NCBI GenBank assembly: GCA_963760795.1
Contig: CAVXEP010000032.1
Span: 64,001-128,000 of the forward strand
Length of the DNA stretch: 64,000 nucleotides
DNA from: an uncultured delta proteobacterium
GTDB lineage: Bacteria > Desulfobacterota > Binatia > UBA9968
Direction of reading: 5' to 3'
Position numbers and translations under genes: made by a program. Of the stretch, positions 40,397-50,174 are shown one piece after another (within the stretch, counting starts at the first letter, position 1; every line of letters starts with the position of its first letter). The notes under the pieces are model-generated. The model made no database searches. It saw nothing but the letters and a program-made list of their open reading frames with translations, and was not told the origin of the DNA.

Positions 40397-40564
40397 ATGG
40401 CAATCAGTAAAGATCTGCTCGACATTCTCGCCTGTCCCAAATGCAAAGGGGACATCCATCTCAATGATCAAGGCGACGGGCTGGTTTGTCAGTCCTGCCG
40501 GCTGATGTACGCGATCAAAGACGATATTCCGGTGATGTTGATCGACGAGGCGGTGCCGGTCTAA
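40397..40564 (+). CDS. Trm112/YcaR family protein
   Basis: 'LLDILACPKCKG...L.C..C...Y.I.DDIPVMLIDEA'. Confidence 0.9.
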   Translation: MAISKDLLDILACPKCKGDIHLNDQGDGLVCQSCRLMYAIKDDIPVMLIDEAVPV

Positions 40565-40567
40565 AAA

Positions 40568-41683
40568 ATGCTCGCAGTGAATTGGGACAATGTGCTGGTT
40601 TTGCAGACGAGCTTTCTCGGCGACTTGGTGTTGACGTTGCCCTTGATCGCCGAAATCAGGAGCAGATTTCCGGTCAGAAAACTGTCGCTGATGTGCACCC
40701 CGCTCGGTCGAGAACTCTTGCAGGATCATCCGGCGATCGATGAGATCCTCGTCGACGATAAGAAAAGAACGCATCGCGGCTGGCGCGGTTTGACCGCGCA
40801 AGCGGCATTACTGCGGCAGCAACGGTTTACCGTAGCCCTGACGCCGCATAAGTCGGCGCGCAGCGCTTTCATGCTCTATCGAGCGAACATTCCGCAACGA
40901 ATCGGCTTTCGCCAGAGCAAGGGTTGGTTTTTCTTTCATCATTGCGCCGAGCGCGATCCCGCCCGTCATGATGTCGAGCGGAACTTATCGGTTTTGCAGC
41001 CCCTGGGGGTGCGTGTGCAAGATTGTGCTCGGGAGCTCGAGCTGCCGCCGCGCCGGCAAATCGACGATGCCGTCGCCGATAAACTGCGGCAACTCGGTGT
41101 CGTTGACGGCAAACCGGCCATCGGCGTAAATTCCGGCTCGATCTGGCCGACCAAGCGCTGGTGGCTGGAAGGGTTCGCCGAGTTCATTGGACTAGTAAAG
41201 GCAAAGCTCGATTGTCAGGTTTTACTTTTCGGCGCCCCGGAAGATGCCGATGGGGTCAAGCGATTGTTAGAGCGCAGCGGCGGCGCGGCGCTCGACCTTG
41301 CCGGCAAGTTCAGTTTGCGCGAGCTACCCGCCGCCATCGGGCGCTGCCAGGTTTTTGTCACCAACGACAGCGGCCCGATGCATATCGCCGTGGCACGCAA
41401 GGTGCCGACGGTGGCGCTATTCTGTGCGACCACGCCAGACCTGGGGTTCTATCCTTACAGCGGCAATGCCATCGTTATTCAGAAACAGCTCGGCTGCCGT
41501 CCCTGTACGTCCCATGGCGGCAGAAGGTGTCCGTTGGTGCACGAGAATTGCATTCGCCAGATTCGAGCTCAAACGGTTTTAGCGGCCGTGGAAAAACTTC
41601 TCGCTGGCCAGGCCAGCGGGAAATCACGAGCGCTTTCTGCCGGAATTTCTCACCGCTTAAATTTACTTCCATCGCCAGGTTAA
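40568..41683 (+). CDS. LPS heptosyltransferase (GT9, WaaF-like)
   Basis: 'TSFLGDLVL', 'GSIWPTKRW', 'TNDSGPMHIA', 'CRPC..HG...CP..H..C'. Confidence 0.88.
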   Translation: MLAVNWDNVLVLQTSFLGDLVLTLPLIAEIRSRFPVRKLSLMCTPLGRELLQDHPAIDEILVDDKKRTHRGWRGLTAQAALLRQQRFTVALTPHKSARSAFMLYRANIPQRIGFRQSKGWFFFHHCAERDPARHDVERNLSVLQPLGVRVQDCARELELPPRRQIDDAVADKLRQLGVVDGKPAIGVNSGSIWPTKRWWLEGFAEFIGLVKAKLDCQVLLFGAPEDADGVKRLLERSGGAALDLAGKFSLRELPAAIGRCQVFVTNDSGPMHIAVARKVPTVALFCATTPDLGFYPYSGNAIVIQKQLGCRPCTSHGGRRCPLVHENCIRQIRAQTVLAAVEKLLAGQASGKSRALSAGISHRLNLLPSPG

Positions 41684-41693
41684 CATCTGCTAG

Positions 41694-41933
41694 CCTGGAT
41701 TATTCGTGGTGCAGCCGCGATCGAGCCGAAACCCTACCGGAGCTAAGGCAAAGCGGGCTGCCTTGATGAGACAATGGGGCGATCTGCTGTGAAACCGCCT
41801 GTGAATAGGTCAAGCCGCTTGCCGAGTGCCGATCACGACGATGAAACATTTGGCGCCGATGCCTTCGCGCCTACAGGGTTCCACCTCGATCGACACTCTG
41901 TCGGCACTTTCCAGATAGCATGAATACTCCAGG
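41694..41933 (+). mobile_element. Unknown structured repeat element, copy 2: MITE-like with 15-bp TIRs and CTAG flanks
   Basis: ctag|CCTGGATTATTCGTG ... CATGAATACTCCAGG|ctag (TIR 13/15); internal nested helices; homologous to 30533-30783. Confidence 0.65.
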
Positions 41934-41952
41934 CTAGACTGTTCCCGCCGGT

Positions 41953-42721
41953 ATGTTTTCCGACAATATGATCTGGGGCGCGATACCTGAAGGTTTTCAA
42001 AAGTTGACCGACCCGCAGGGCAACCGCTTGGCGGTCAGGGCCGATCGCCAACGGGAAATTATGTTTTCTACTTGCTTGGATATCGAGAGTTACGGCACGG
42101 CGGCGGGCTTTTATGGGCGCGGCGACATGCGCTCTGTGCAACTGGCCGACGGCACCACTGCATTGTTCCGGCGCTATCGTCATGGCGGGATTTTGCGCTC
42201 GATTACCGGCAAGTGGTTTTTTTCCTGGCCACCCAGGCCATTTCGCGAGCTGACTATTACCGAAGAGTTGCGCCGCAGAGGTTTCCCGACGGTGGAGGTC
42301 TATGCCGCTTGTGTCGGAAAAATCGCCGGGCCGTTTTACCGCGGCTGGTTGGTGACCCGGCAACTGGAAGGCGCCCATGATCTTTGGGCTGCGCTGCAGA
42401 GCGGATTCTGCCAAAGCGTCGGCATTGAGGCCGTCTTGAAGGCGGTTGCGGCGTCGATTCGTCGGATGCATCGCGAGGGAGTGTATCATCGCGATCTCAA
42501 CCTCAAAAATATTTTGGTCCGTTCGACCACCGCGGGAGTGGAGAGTCATGTCATCGATTTCGATCAGGCGATTCTGGTCTTGGGGCAACTGCCCGCGCCG
42601 CTGGTCCAGAATAATCTCGCATCGCTTGTTAAGATCGATTGGCAAACTCGATCCGCAACGGCAATACTTCTCGCCAGCGGCCTGGTACGGCTTTCTAGAG
42701 TATTACAATGCCTCCGCCTAA
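41953..42721 (+). CDS. Kdo kinase-like protein (KdkA / LPS kinase family), apparent +1 frameshift near 42618
   Basis: 'YGRG', 'RRYRHGG', 'RPFREL', 'YHRDLNLKNIL', 'IDFD'; C-terminus 'HRLLRSIGKL...W..FLEYY' lies in the +1 frame ending 42721. Confidence 0.8.
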
Positions 42722-43695
42722 GATCGATGCCCAGCGTATCCTGCTGGTCCTGCATGGCTCGATCGGCGACGTGACCCGCGCCTTGCCGCTAGCCGGGTTG
42801 CTGCGCGCCGGTTACCCCAAGGCGTTTATTGCCTGGTCGGTGGAACCGGCGGCGGCGCCGCTGCTTGAAGGCAATTCGGCGATCGACGCAGTGATCCTGT
42901 TCGACCGGCGCCGCTGGTGGAAGAGCTTCGGCGCTTTTCTCAAACAAATTCGCCGGCCACAATTTCGATCTGGTGCTGGACTTGCAGCGCCATCTTAAGA
43001 GCGGTGTCATCAGCCGCTTCAGTGGTGCGCCGCACCGCTTGGGATTTCACCGTACTGATGCCAAGGAGGGCAATTGGCTGTTCAATAATTTGTTCATCGA
43101 ACCCTGCGGCAATAACATCGCCAAGCTCGATCATTACCTCAAGTTCACCGCATTTCTTGGGCTACCGCTCACGCCACTGCGCTGGGATTTCGCATTGACT
43201 GAGGCCGAAAGACATGCGGTTGATGGCCATCTCCAAGGCACCGAATCGCCATTCGCGGTTTTGTTTGTCGGCACTCGTTGGGAGAGCAAAAATTGGTTCG
43301 CCGATCAAATCGCCGCTTGCGCCAATCTGCTGCGGCGCGACCACCGGCTTGGAGTGGTTTTGCTTGGCGGTGCCAATGACCGGCAGTTAGCGGAGCAGTC
43401 TTTAGCGTTGTGCGAGCCGGGTGTCGTCAATCTGGCCGGTAGCACCTCGTTACGCGAGGCGATCGGGATCATCGCCAGGGCAAAAGTGGCGGTCGGACCC
43501 GACACCGGGCTGATGCATATCGCCGCGGCGCTGAGTGTCCCGGTGATCTCGTTATGGGGGGCAACCGAGCCGTTGAGAACTGGGCCCTACGGTTTCGCCA
43601 GCTTGGCGATCAAAGGCGAGGCCCCTTGCAGCCCATGCTATCGCAAGCACTGCCAAATTGGCCGGCAGTGTATGCGGTCGATTGGAACGGATTGA
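42708..43695 (+). CDS. LPS heptosyltransferase (GT9, WaaC-like), apparent +1 frameshift near 42955
   Basis: 'GSIGDV' N-terminus in frame 42708; 'FDLVLDLQ..LKS', 'WESKNW', 'GPDTGLMHIA', 'CSPCY...C' in frame 42973. Confidence 0.8.
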
Positions 43696-43753
43696 ACATA
43701 GCGGCAAGCTTAATTTAGTTTTCAACGGCGGTCAATGACGGATGTAGTACGAC

Positions 43754-44632
43754 ATGCCGAGTGCGGTTGACTACAGAGCCCTCAGGGCCGGTAGATGGGA
43801 CTTCTGGATGTTGAGGGACGCAGGAGACGTTCAGATGCTAGAGAGTCTCGCCGCCATCGTCGAGCGCCAGCCATATTCCAAACATCCGCAAACTCTGCCG
43901 TTCACTTGGCCGCCGGATACCGACCAGAGTCATTATTTCTTGAAAATTTTTCATCGCCGCCCTGGCGCGACGAAGGTTAAAGATCTGTTGCGCCCAACAA
44001 AGGCGCGCCGGTTCTGGCAACAGGGCTTGGCGCTCAATGCCGCCGGATTCTCTGTGCCGCTCACCGTCCTGTTTGGCGAAAGGCGTGGTTGGAGCTCAGC
44101 TGAGCGCTCCCTCGTGCTGACAGAAAAAATCGACGGTCAGCCCGCGCCAGTTTTCTTGTCCGGATTGACTTATTCCCTTGATAATTGCGCTCAGGTCAAA
44201 ATGAAACGCGGCGCTCTGGTGCGACTCGGCCAGATGGTGCGGCGTTTCCACGACCTGGGTTTCGTGCATGGCGATCTGGTAGCGACGAATATATTCATTT
44301 CGAATTGGAGTGCAGGTTCTCCGGATTTCTACCTCATGGATAACGATCGCACGCGGCTCTATCCGCCATGGCTGACCGGTAAGTTAAGGAAGCGCAACTT
44401 GGTGCAGCTCAACCGATTGCCGTTGGCGCATATTACCCTGCAAGATCGCCTGCGTTTCTTACACTCCTATCTCGGCGTGGTGAAGTTGACGAAGCGAGAT
44501 GGTCGGTTCGCCCGTTGGCTTGAGGCGCGCACTCGTCAGCGCCGTAACCAATGTGATGGCATAGATCCGAACGGAAGTTTCCGAAAGCTGATGTGCTGGG
44601 CTCCGGACACGACTAGCGCGCGAAACGGCTAA
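43754..44632 (+). CDS. LPS kinase (Kdo/WaaP/InaA family)
   Basis: 'YFLKIF', 'HGDLVATNI', 'MDNDRT', 'NLVQLN', 'DRLRFL..Y'. Confidence 0.8.
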   Translation: MPSAVDYRALRAGRWDFWMLRDAGDVQMLESLAAIVERQPYSKHPQTLPFTWPPDTDQSHYFLKIFHRRPGATKVKDLLRPTKARRFWQQGLALNAAGFSVPLTVLFGERRGWSSAERSLVLTEKIDGQPAPVFLSGLTYSLDNCAQVKMKRGALVRLGQMVRRFHDLGFVHGDLVATNIFISNWSAGSPDFYLMDNDRTRLYPPWLTGKLRKRNLVQLNRLPLAHITLQDRLRFLHSYLGVVKLTKRDGRFARWLEARTRQRRNQCDGIDPNGSFRKLMCWAPDTTSARNG

Positions 44633-44722
44633 ATATCGTGCCCAGGGCTGAACGATCATCGAACTACGGACTACCATAGGAGAATTAGAAAGTAACTTTA
44701 CATCGCTCCTGAGAGAAGGGAG

Positions 44723-45466
44723 TTGAGCAGCTGGAAAATGCCTAACAACGCTATTCTTGACGCAGTATCTTCAGCGTGGTCTGCGGAGGACCCGGTTGGA
44801 AAGAGAATGTTGGATTTGAGCTGCGGTGGCGGTGACACCGCCGAAATGTTGGCTCGGCTTGGCTATAAAGTAATTGCCACCGAATATTCTCCGCCGCCGG
44901 CAATGACGCCAGGAATCGAGCGAGTCGCTGGGGTTGATCTCAATGCGTTCTTGCCGTTTCGCACGGCAAGTTTTGACGCGGTAGATTTGGTCGAAGTGAT
45001 AGAGCATATCGAAAACCAGCCCCAACTGATTCGCGAACTGGCCAGGGTCCTCACTCCGGGCGGGGTAGTGCTCATCAGCACGCCCAACGTGCTTAATCTG
45101 ATGTCGCGAGTGCGTTTTTTGTTCACCGGTTTTTTGCGCGGCCGGGTTCGACCGGCGCACTATTCGAGCAAACCGGGTCAAGCTCCGAATATCTACTTGT
45201 TACATTTCTACGAGCTCTACTATCTGCTGTTTCATTATGGGTTCGAAGTTGCTGGACTTGCCAAAACTCGGGTAAAATTTGCCACGCGGCTTTTTATGAT
45301 AATATTTTGGCCATTCATGTGGCTTTTTAGTTTCATCACGGTGATTCGGGCCGAGAAAGACACTGTGCAGCGGCGCTACAATTGGCAGATCCTATCCTAC
45401 CTTTTTCATCCTGCGCTTTTGTTGTCGGACAATATCGTCGTTAAAGCCAGGAAAACTCAAGTTTGA
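44723..45466 (+). CDS. Class I SAM-dependent methyltransferase
   Basis: 'MLDLSCGGG', 'FDAV...EVIEH', 'RVLTPGG...ISTPN'. Confidence 0.85.
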   Translation: MSSWKMPNNAILDAVSSAWSAEDPVGKRMLDLSCGGGDTAEMLARLGYKVIATEYSPPPAMTPGIERVAGVDLNAFLPFRTASFDAVDLVEVIEHIENQPQLIRELARVLTPGGVVLISTPNVLNLMSRVRFLFTGFLRGRVRPAHYSSKPGQAPNIYLLHFYELYYLLFHYGFEVAGLAKTRVKFATRLFMIIFWPFMWLFSFITVIRAEKDTVQRRYNWQILSYLFHPALLLSDNIVVKARKTQV

Positions 45467-46617
45467 AAATTGCACTTGTGCATAAACGGCTTGATCTCAA
45501 TGGCGGCACCGAAAGGGATCTCTATCAGACTGCCGAGGGGTTGCGCGATCTCGGCCATCAAGTGCACTTATTTTGCAGTGAGTATGGCGTGGCGGCGCCG
45601 CGCGGCACAATCGGTCATACTATTCCAGTGGTACGATTGGGACGAACGTTGCGTTTGTGGAGCTTCGCTCTCCTCGCGCCGAGGATTATCAAGAATCATC
45701 AATGCGACGTTGTTGTGAGCTTTGGGCGCCTTTTGTCCCAGGATATCCTCCGCAGCGGCGGCGGTACTCATCGCGGCTTCCTGATGCGAATGGGGCAACA
45801 GCGGGGGGGTTGGCGGCGGCTGTGGCAAGGCCTGAGTCTCTATCACCAAAGTCTCTTGCGGATAGAGAAAAAACAGTTTTCCGACGGCCATTTCAAGAAG
45901 GTGATCGCGGTGTCCGATGAGGTCAGGTGCGATATCGAGTCGAACTACCAGGTCAATAAGGACAAAATCACGGTCCTCTACAATGGCGTCGACCAGCAGC
46001 GTTTTCATCCGTCTCGGCGCGCGAAGGTCGGCGATACCCTGCGCGCGCGCTGGAAAGTTCCCAACCAGGCGCAATTGGTTTTGTTTGTCGGCAGCGGATT
46101 TTCGCGCAAGGGATTGGACCGTCTCATCGCGATTTGGCATCGTCCACCATTGAGCCAGGCCTACTTGATGGTTGCTGGGAACGATGGGCGCATGGGCCAC
46201 TACCAAAATTGGGCCAAGTCGGTCGCCGGAGAGCGTATTCTCTTTGTCGGTCGCCAGGATGACATCGAGAACTATTACGCGATGGCGGATCTGGTTGCCT
46301 TGCCGGCATTGCAGGAGGCGTTCGGCAACGTCGTGCTCGAATCTCTGGCTTCCGGTGTGCCGGTGGTGGTCAGCCGGGAGGTTGGTGCCGGCGCCTTATT
46401 GACCGGCTGCTTGAGGCAAGGAATCGTCGAAGATGCCGGCGATGCTACGCAACTCGAGGCCCGGCTATCCAGGATGCTCGAACACTGTGTGAAGCCGGAG
46501 TTTCGCAATGCGGCACGACAGCTCGGTGAACAGTACTCGTGGAATGGCTATTTCCACCGCCTTGAAGCCATCCTCAACGACGTTTGTCATGGGCTGGCTG
46601 CCATCCGTGTATCCTAA
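45463..46617 (+). CDS. GT4 glycosyltransferase, WaaG-like
   Basis: 'GGTERD', 'LYNGVD', 'FVGSGFSRKG', 'EAFGNVVLESLASG'. Confidence 0.85.
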   Translation: MKIALVHKRLDLNGGTERDLYQTAEGLRDLGHQVHLFCSEYGVAAPRGTIGHTIPVVRLGRTLRLWSFALLAPRIIKNHQCDVVVSFGRLLSQDILRSGGGTHRGFLMRMGQQRGGWRRLWQGLSLYHQSLLRIEKKQFSDGHFKKVIAVSDEVRCDIESNYQVNKDKITVLYNGVDQQRFHPSRRAKVGDTLRARWKVPNQAQLVLFVGSGFSRKGLDRLIAIWHRPPLSQAYLMVAGNDGRMGHYQNWAKSVAGERILFVGRQDDIENYYAMADLVALPALQEAFGNVVLESLASGVPVVVSREVGAGALLTGCLRQGIVEDAGDATQLEARLSRMLEHCVKPEFRNAARQLGEQYSWNGYFHRLEAILNDVCHGLAAIRVS

Positions 46618-47473
46618 TTTTGTGTTACATCGCTCCGCGGGATGTAAGATTTGGTTCGAACCTAACTATGCCGATCCCGCGGTGCTGGCGCTGTTAAAAA
46701 ATCCCGATGGGCTTTTCGATCTTTCCGCCTGTGAAGTCATCAAAGACCAACGCAAGATCAAGGTGGCGAGGGTGGTGCTCGACCTTGGAGGCGCGAAGCG
46801 GTGTATTTATATCAAACGTTACAATGCGTTTTCGCTGCGCCATCGTTTAGTATCGATATTTACCCTATCGGGGGGGGTAAAGTCACTGCGCGGCGCGGCA
46901 ATCTTAATCCGTAACGGCATCGCAACGGCAAAACCGATCGCTGCCTTCGAAGAACGGATATGGGGCGCGGTCACCCGAAGTTTTTTTCTTTCGGAGGAGA
47001 TTCAAGGAGGCGTTACCGTGGACTCGCTGTGGCGAGAAACCCTGAGTTCTCAGTCGACTCCCGACGGGATCAGGAGTCGCCGTGCATTTTTGACGACCCT
47101 GGGCTCACTGTTTCACGCGCTGCACAGTCAGGGCGTCTACCATAACGACCTGAAGGACGCTAACATTCTCGCGGCACCAATGGCCGGGAGCGAGAGGATT
47201 GGCTTGTTTTTGCTCGATCTGGAGGGTGTGCGTCAGTATCGCGCCGTGTCGGAAAGCCGAAGAATCAAGAATTTGGTCCAACTGAATCGTACTCTCGGCA
47301 GGTATTTGCGCAACGTTCAAAAATTGCGCGTGCTGCGAGCCTATCTAGATCGAGATTCCGCCAGCCGGCAGTTACGGCGTCGGATCATCGACCAGGTGGT
47401 CCGAGAGTCGAAGCGCTTGGACGCCGTCAAGTTGCGACATGGGGTTGGCGCCCCGGCTTTACTAGGCAATTAG
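46607..47473 (+). CDS. LPS kinase (Kdo/WaaP/InaA family)
   Basis: 'IYIKRYN', 'YHNDLKDANIL', 'LDLEGV', 'KNLVQLN'; start uncertain (46589 or 46607). Confidence 0.8.
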   Translation: MYPNFVLHRSAGCKIWFEPNYADPAVLALLKNPDGLFDLSACEVIKDQRKIKVARVVLDLGGAKRCIYIKRYNAFSLRHRLVSIFTLSGGVKSLRGAAILIRNGIATAKPIAAFEERIWGAVTRSFFLSEEIQGGVTVDSLWRETLSSQSTPDGIRSRRAFLTTLGSLFHALHSQGVYHNDLKDANILAAPMAGSERIGLFLLDLEGVRQYRAVSESRRIKNLVQLNRTLGRYLRNVQKLRVLRAYLDRDSASRQLRRRIIDQVVRESKRLDAVKLRHGVGAPALLGN

Positions 47474-47487
47474 ATATCTGAAACGCC

Positions 47488-48264
47488 ATGGCACTTGCTC
47501 TGAACATGCCGAAAGTGATCGTGGTCATGCCGGCCTACAATGCGGCCAAGACTCTCCGCATTACCTACGACGCCATTCCTAAAGATGACGTGTACCAAGT
47601 GATTCTAGTCGACGATGGTAGCCGGGATGAGACGTTAAAAATCGCCAAAGAACTTAATTTGGAGGTGTTTGTTCACACCCGCAACTTTGGCTATGGCGGC
47701 AACCAGAAGACCTGTTATACCGAGGCCCTGAAGGCCGGCGCCGATATTGTCGTCATGCTTCATCCTGACTATCAATACGATCCGTCCTTGTTACCCAATG
47801 TGATCGCACCGATCAAGAAGGGTGACGCCGATGTAGTCCTCGGTTCGCGCTTGCTTGGCGGCGATGTGGTTAAACAAGGAATGCCCTGGTGGAAATACCT
47901 CGGTAATCGCTTCTTGACCGGTATTCAGAACCAAGTGCTCCATCAGACGCTTGCCGAGTATCACACCGGATACCGGGCTTTCTCCCGGCGCGTTTTGGAA
48001 GAAGTGCCGTTCCTGCTGAATTCGGACAACTTTGTTTTCGACCAGGAAATGTTGGTTCAAGCGGTTCATCTGGGGTTTCGCATCAAAGAGGTGCCCGTAC
48101 CGACGCGTTATTTTGCCGAAGCTTCGAGTGCTAGTTTTAGCGCCAGCGTGGTCTACGGTGTGAGCATTCTGGGCGTGCTTTTGCGGTATCTACTGCATCG
48201 CTCCTCTTGGATCGTGCAGAAACAATTCGAATGTTTTCCCGCCCGATATCGGAGGGCGGAGTGA
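47488..48264 (+). CDS. GT2 glycosyltransferase (DPM1-like, polyprenol-phosphate type)
   Basis: 'VMPAYNAA', 'VDDGS', 'NFGYGGNQK', 'HPDYQY', 'YHTGYRAF'. Confidence 0.88.
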   Translation: MALALNMPKVIVVMPAYNAAKTLRITYDAIPKDDVYQVILVDDGSRDETLKIAKELNLEVFVHTRNFGYGGNQKTCYTEALKAGADIVVMLHPDYQYDPSLLPNVIAPIKKGDADVVLGSRLLGGDVVKQGMPWWKYLGNRFLTGIQNQVLHQTLAEYHTGYRAFSRRVLEEVPFLLNSDNFVFDQEMLVQAVHLGFRIKEVPVPTRYFAEASSASFSASVVYGVSILGVLLRYLLHRSSWIVQKQFECFPARYRRAE

Positions 48265-48983
48265 GAGACGAGGCACAAACCCAAGAAATTACCTACCGGT
48301 TAAAATGTTTCAAATACAGCAGTCACTACTGGATATTGAAATTTTTGGATGATTTGCGACGCCCGCTAAGAATTTTGGACGTGGGAACCGCAGATGGATA
48401 CTTGGGGGCTGTCCTAAGGCAACGGGGGCATTACGTTGTCGGCGTTGAAAAAGACGAATTTTTGGCAAGGGGCGCCCAGCCGCATTATGCCAGGTTTTAT
48501 CTCGCCGATCTCGAAACCTTTGACTTCCCGTTCCAGGCGGAGTTCGATTTTATTATTTTCGCCGATGTCTTAGAACATTTGCGTGAACCCGAACTGGTCT
48601 TACGCCGTTCCCTGGGCTCACTAAATGCGCAGGGCCAGGTTATTGTTTCTGTTCCGAACGTTGCGAATTTATTGATTCGGATGATGCTGCTGTTCGGTAG
48701 ATTCGATTACCAAGATCGCGGCATTTTGGATCGTAGCCACCTGCGCTTTTACACTTTATCGAGTTTCAACGCGTTGTTACTCAAGGCCGCTTGTCGCGTT
48801 GTCGACGTCGTGCCGACGCCGTTGCCAGTGCAGTTGGTTCTCCCGTGGACGCAGAGTCCACTTGTTGCGCCACTGCACGAGATTCATTTCGCTATGGTAA
48901 GACTTTGGAAAACTTTACTTGCATATCAGTTTGTCGCCCGAGCCCTGCCTTACCCGGATCGACACGGCTTACGAGACTCTTAG
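48261..48983 (+). CDS. Class I SAM-dependent methyltransferase
   Basis: 'ILDVGTADG', 'FADVLEHL', 'SVPNVA', 'GILDRSHLRFYT'; GTGA coupling to upstream gene. Confidence 0.85.
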   Translation: MRDEAQTQEITYRLKCFKYSSHYWILKFLDDLRRPLRILDVGTADGYLGAVLRQRGHYVVGVEKDEFLARGAQPHYARFYLADLETFDFPFQAEFDFIIFADVLEHLREPELVLRRSLGSLNAQGQVIVSVPNVANLLIRMMLLFGRFDYQDRGILDRSHLRFYTLSSFNALLLKAACRVVDVVPTPLPVQLVLPWTQSPLVAPLHEIHFAMVRLWKTLLAYQFVARALPYPDRHGLRDS

Positions 48984-49116
48984 CACGGGTCCTTTGCGCC
49001 TTAGACCTTCCGTTCCGCAACCGCGGGAATCCGACAACACTCTTACTGCTTGCCTTGATTCTTGAGCGCTGCTGATGGCGAGAGTATTTTAGCTGACGGT
49101 GTAGGAATCAGAGGAA

Positions 49117-50046
49117 ATGAAACCCGGGTTCATAGTCGGGGTTCCAAGATCGGGAACCACGTTACTGATTAATCTTTTGGGGCAACATCCATTGATCGCA
49201 CCGCTCTATGAAACGCGGTTTTTAAGGAACTTGTTGGTGCTATGTCGGTCGGCTTCCTGGTACTATGGCAATACGCTCTCTCGGCGCATGGCCCGGGTCG
49301 CATGCGAGCCCCTTGTGCGTTCGTCCTTTCAAAGATCTTGTAATAGCTATGAGCGGAAGGCGGTTAGCTATAACATCATTCCAGAAGAAGGAAATGGCAT
49401 TAAGCAAAGTTATGAGTCATTTCCATTCGGTGAAAGTTATTGCATTCATTACCGTTTGGAAGAGTTAGTCAAGGAAACCCAAGATTGGTTAGCTCAATTG
49501 CGCATTGGGCGGGTACCACCCGAAGAGGTTTATAGCTCTGCAAGGCTGTACATTGACCGGCTTTTCGCAATTCATTGCGCACGTATGAATAAGCCCAATT
49601 GGATAAATAAGACTCCCGGCCTACTGACCTATCTAGACACTTTGCCAAAGCTTTTCCCGCACAGTAAGTGCATCCATATCGTTCGCGACGGCCGGGACGT
49701 CGCGGTTTCAAATTTATCGTTAGCGTGGGGGCCGAAGACGGTGCGGGCAGCTGCCCGTAGGTGGAAAAGGCTCATAATGGACGGCAGAAAAGCCGCCCGT
49801 GAATCCTCTATGGATTATCAGGAAATTCGCTACGAAGACGTCGTGCAGGACTCTCAACTGGTATTGAGGCAAGCGCTGCGATTTTTTGAACTTGAGGATA
49901 GTATTGTTTCGACGATGGTCGTTAGCAGTGGGCGCAAGGAAGCCTGGCGTGGCAAGTTGAACGCCGAAGATCGACGTGTCTTTGCTCAAGAAGCCGGCGA
50001 TCTTTTGATTGAATTTGGCTACGCGCATGACGATAGTTGGGTATAG
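49117..50046 (+). CDS. Sulfotransferase (PAPS-dependent, Sulfotransfer_3-like)
   Basis: 5'-PSB 'GVPRSGTTLL', 'NKTP', 3'-PB 'IVRDGRDVAVS', 'RYED'. Confidence 0.88.
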   Translation: MKPGFIVGVPRSGTTLLINLLGQHPLIAPLYETRFLRNLLVLCRSASWYYGNTLSRRMARVACEPLVRSSFQRSCNSYERKAVSYNIIPEEGNGIKQSYESFPFGESYCIHYRLEELVKETQDWLAQLRIGRVPPEEVYSSARLYIDRLFAIHCARMNKPNWINKTPGLLTYLDTLPKLFPHSKCIHIVRDGRDVAVSNLSLAWGPKTVRAAARRWKRLIMDGRKAARESSMDYQEIRYEDVVQDSQLVLRQALRFFELEDSIVSTMVVSSGRKEAWRGKLNAEDRRVFAQEAGDLLIEFGYAHDDSWV

Positions 50047-50174
50047 TCGCAGTCCGATGGACGATTTAAGCGTCCATGTTTGCGTGGATCGTCAAGGGTC
50101 AGGCAATTTCGCCAGTCTCCGGCGAACCGCATGTTTGAGATTGAACAGATCGGTCTCAAAGGGAGCAGGTGCGG

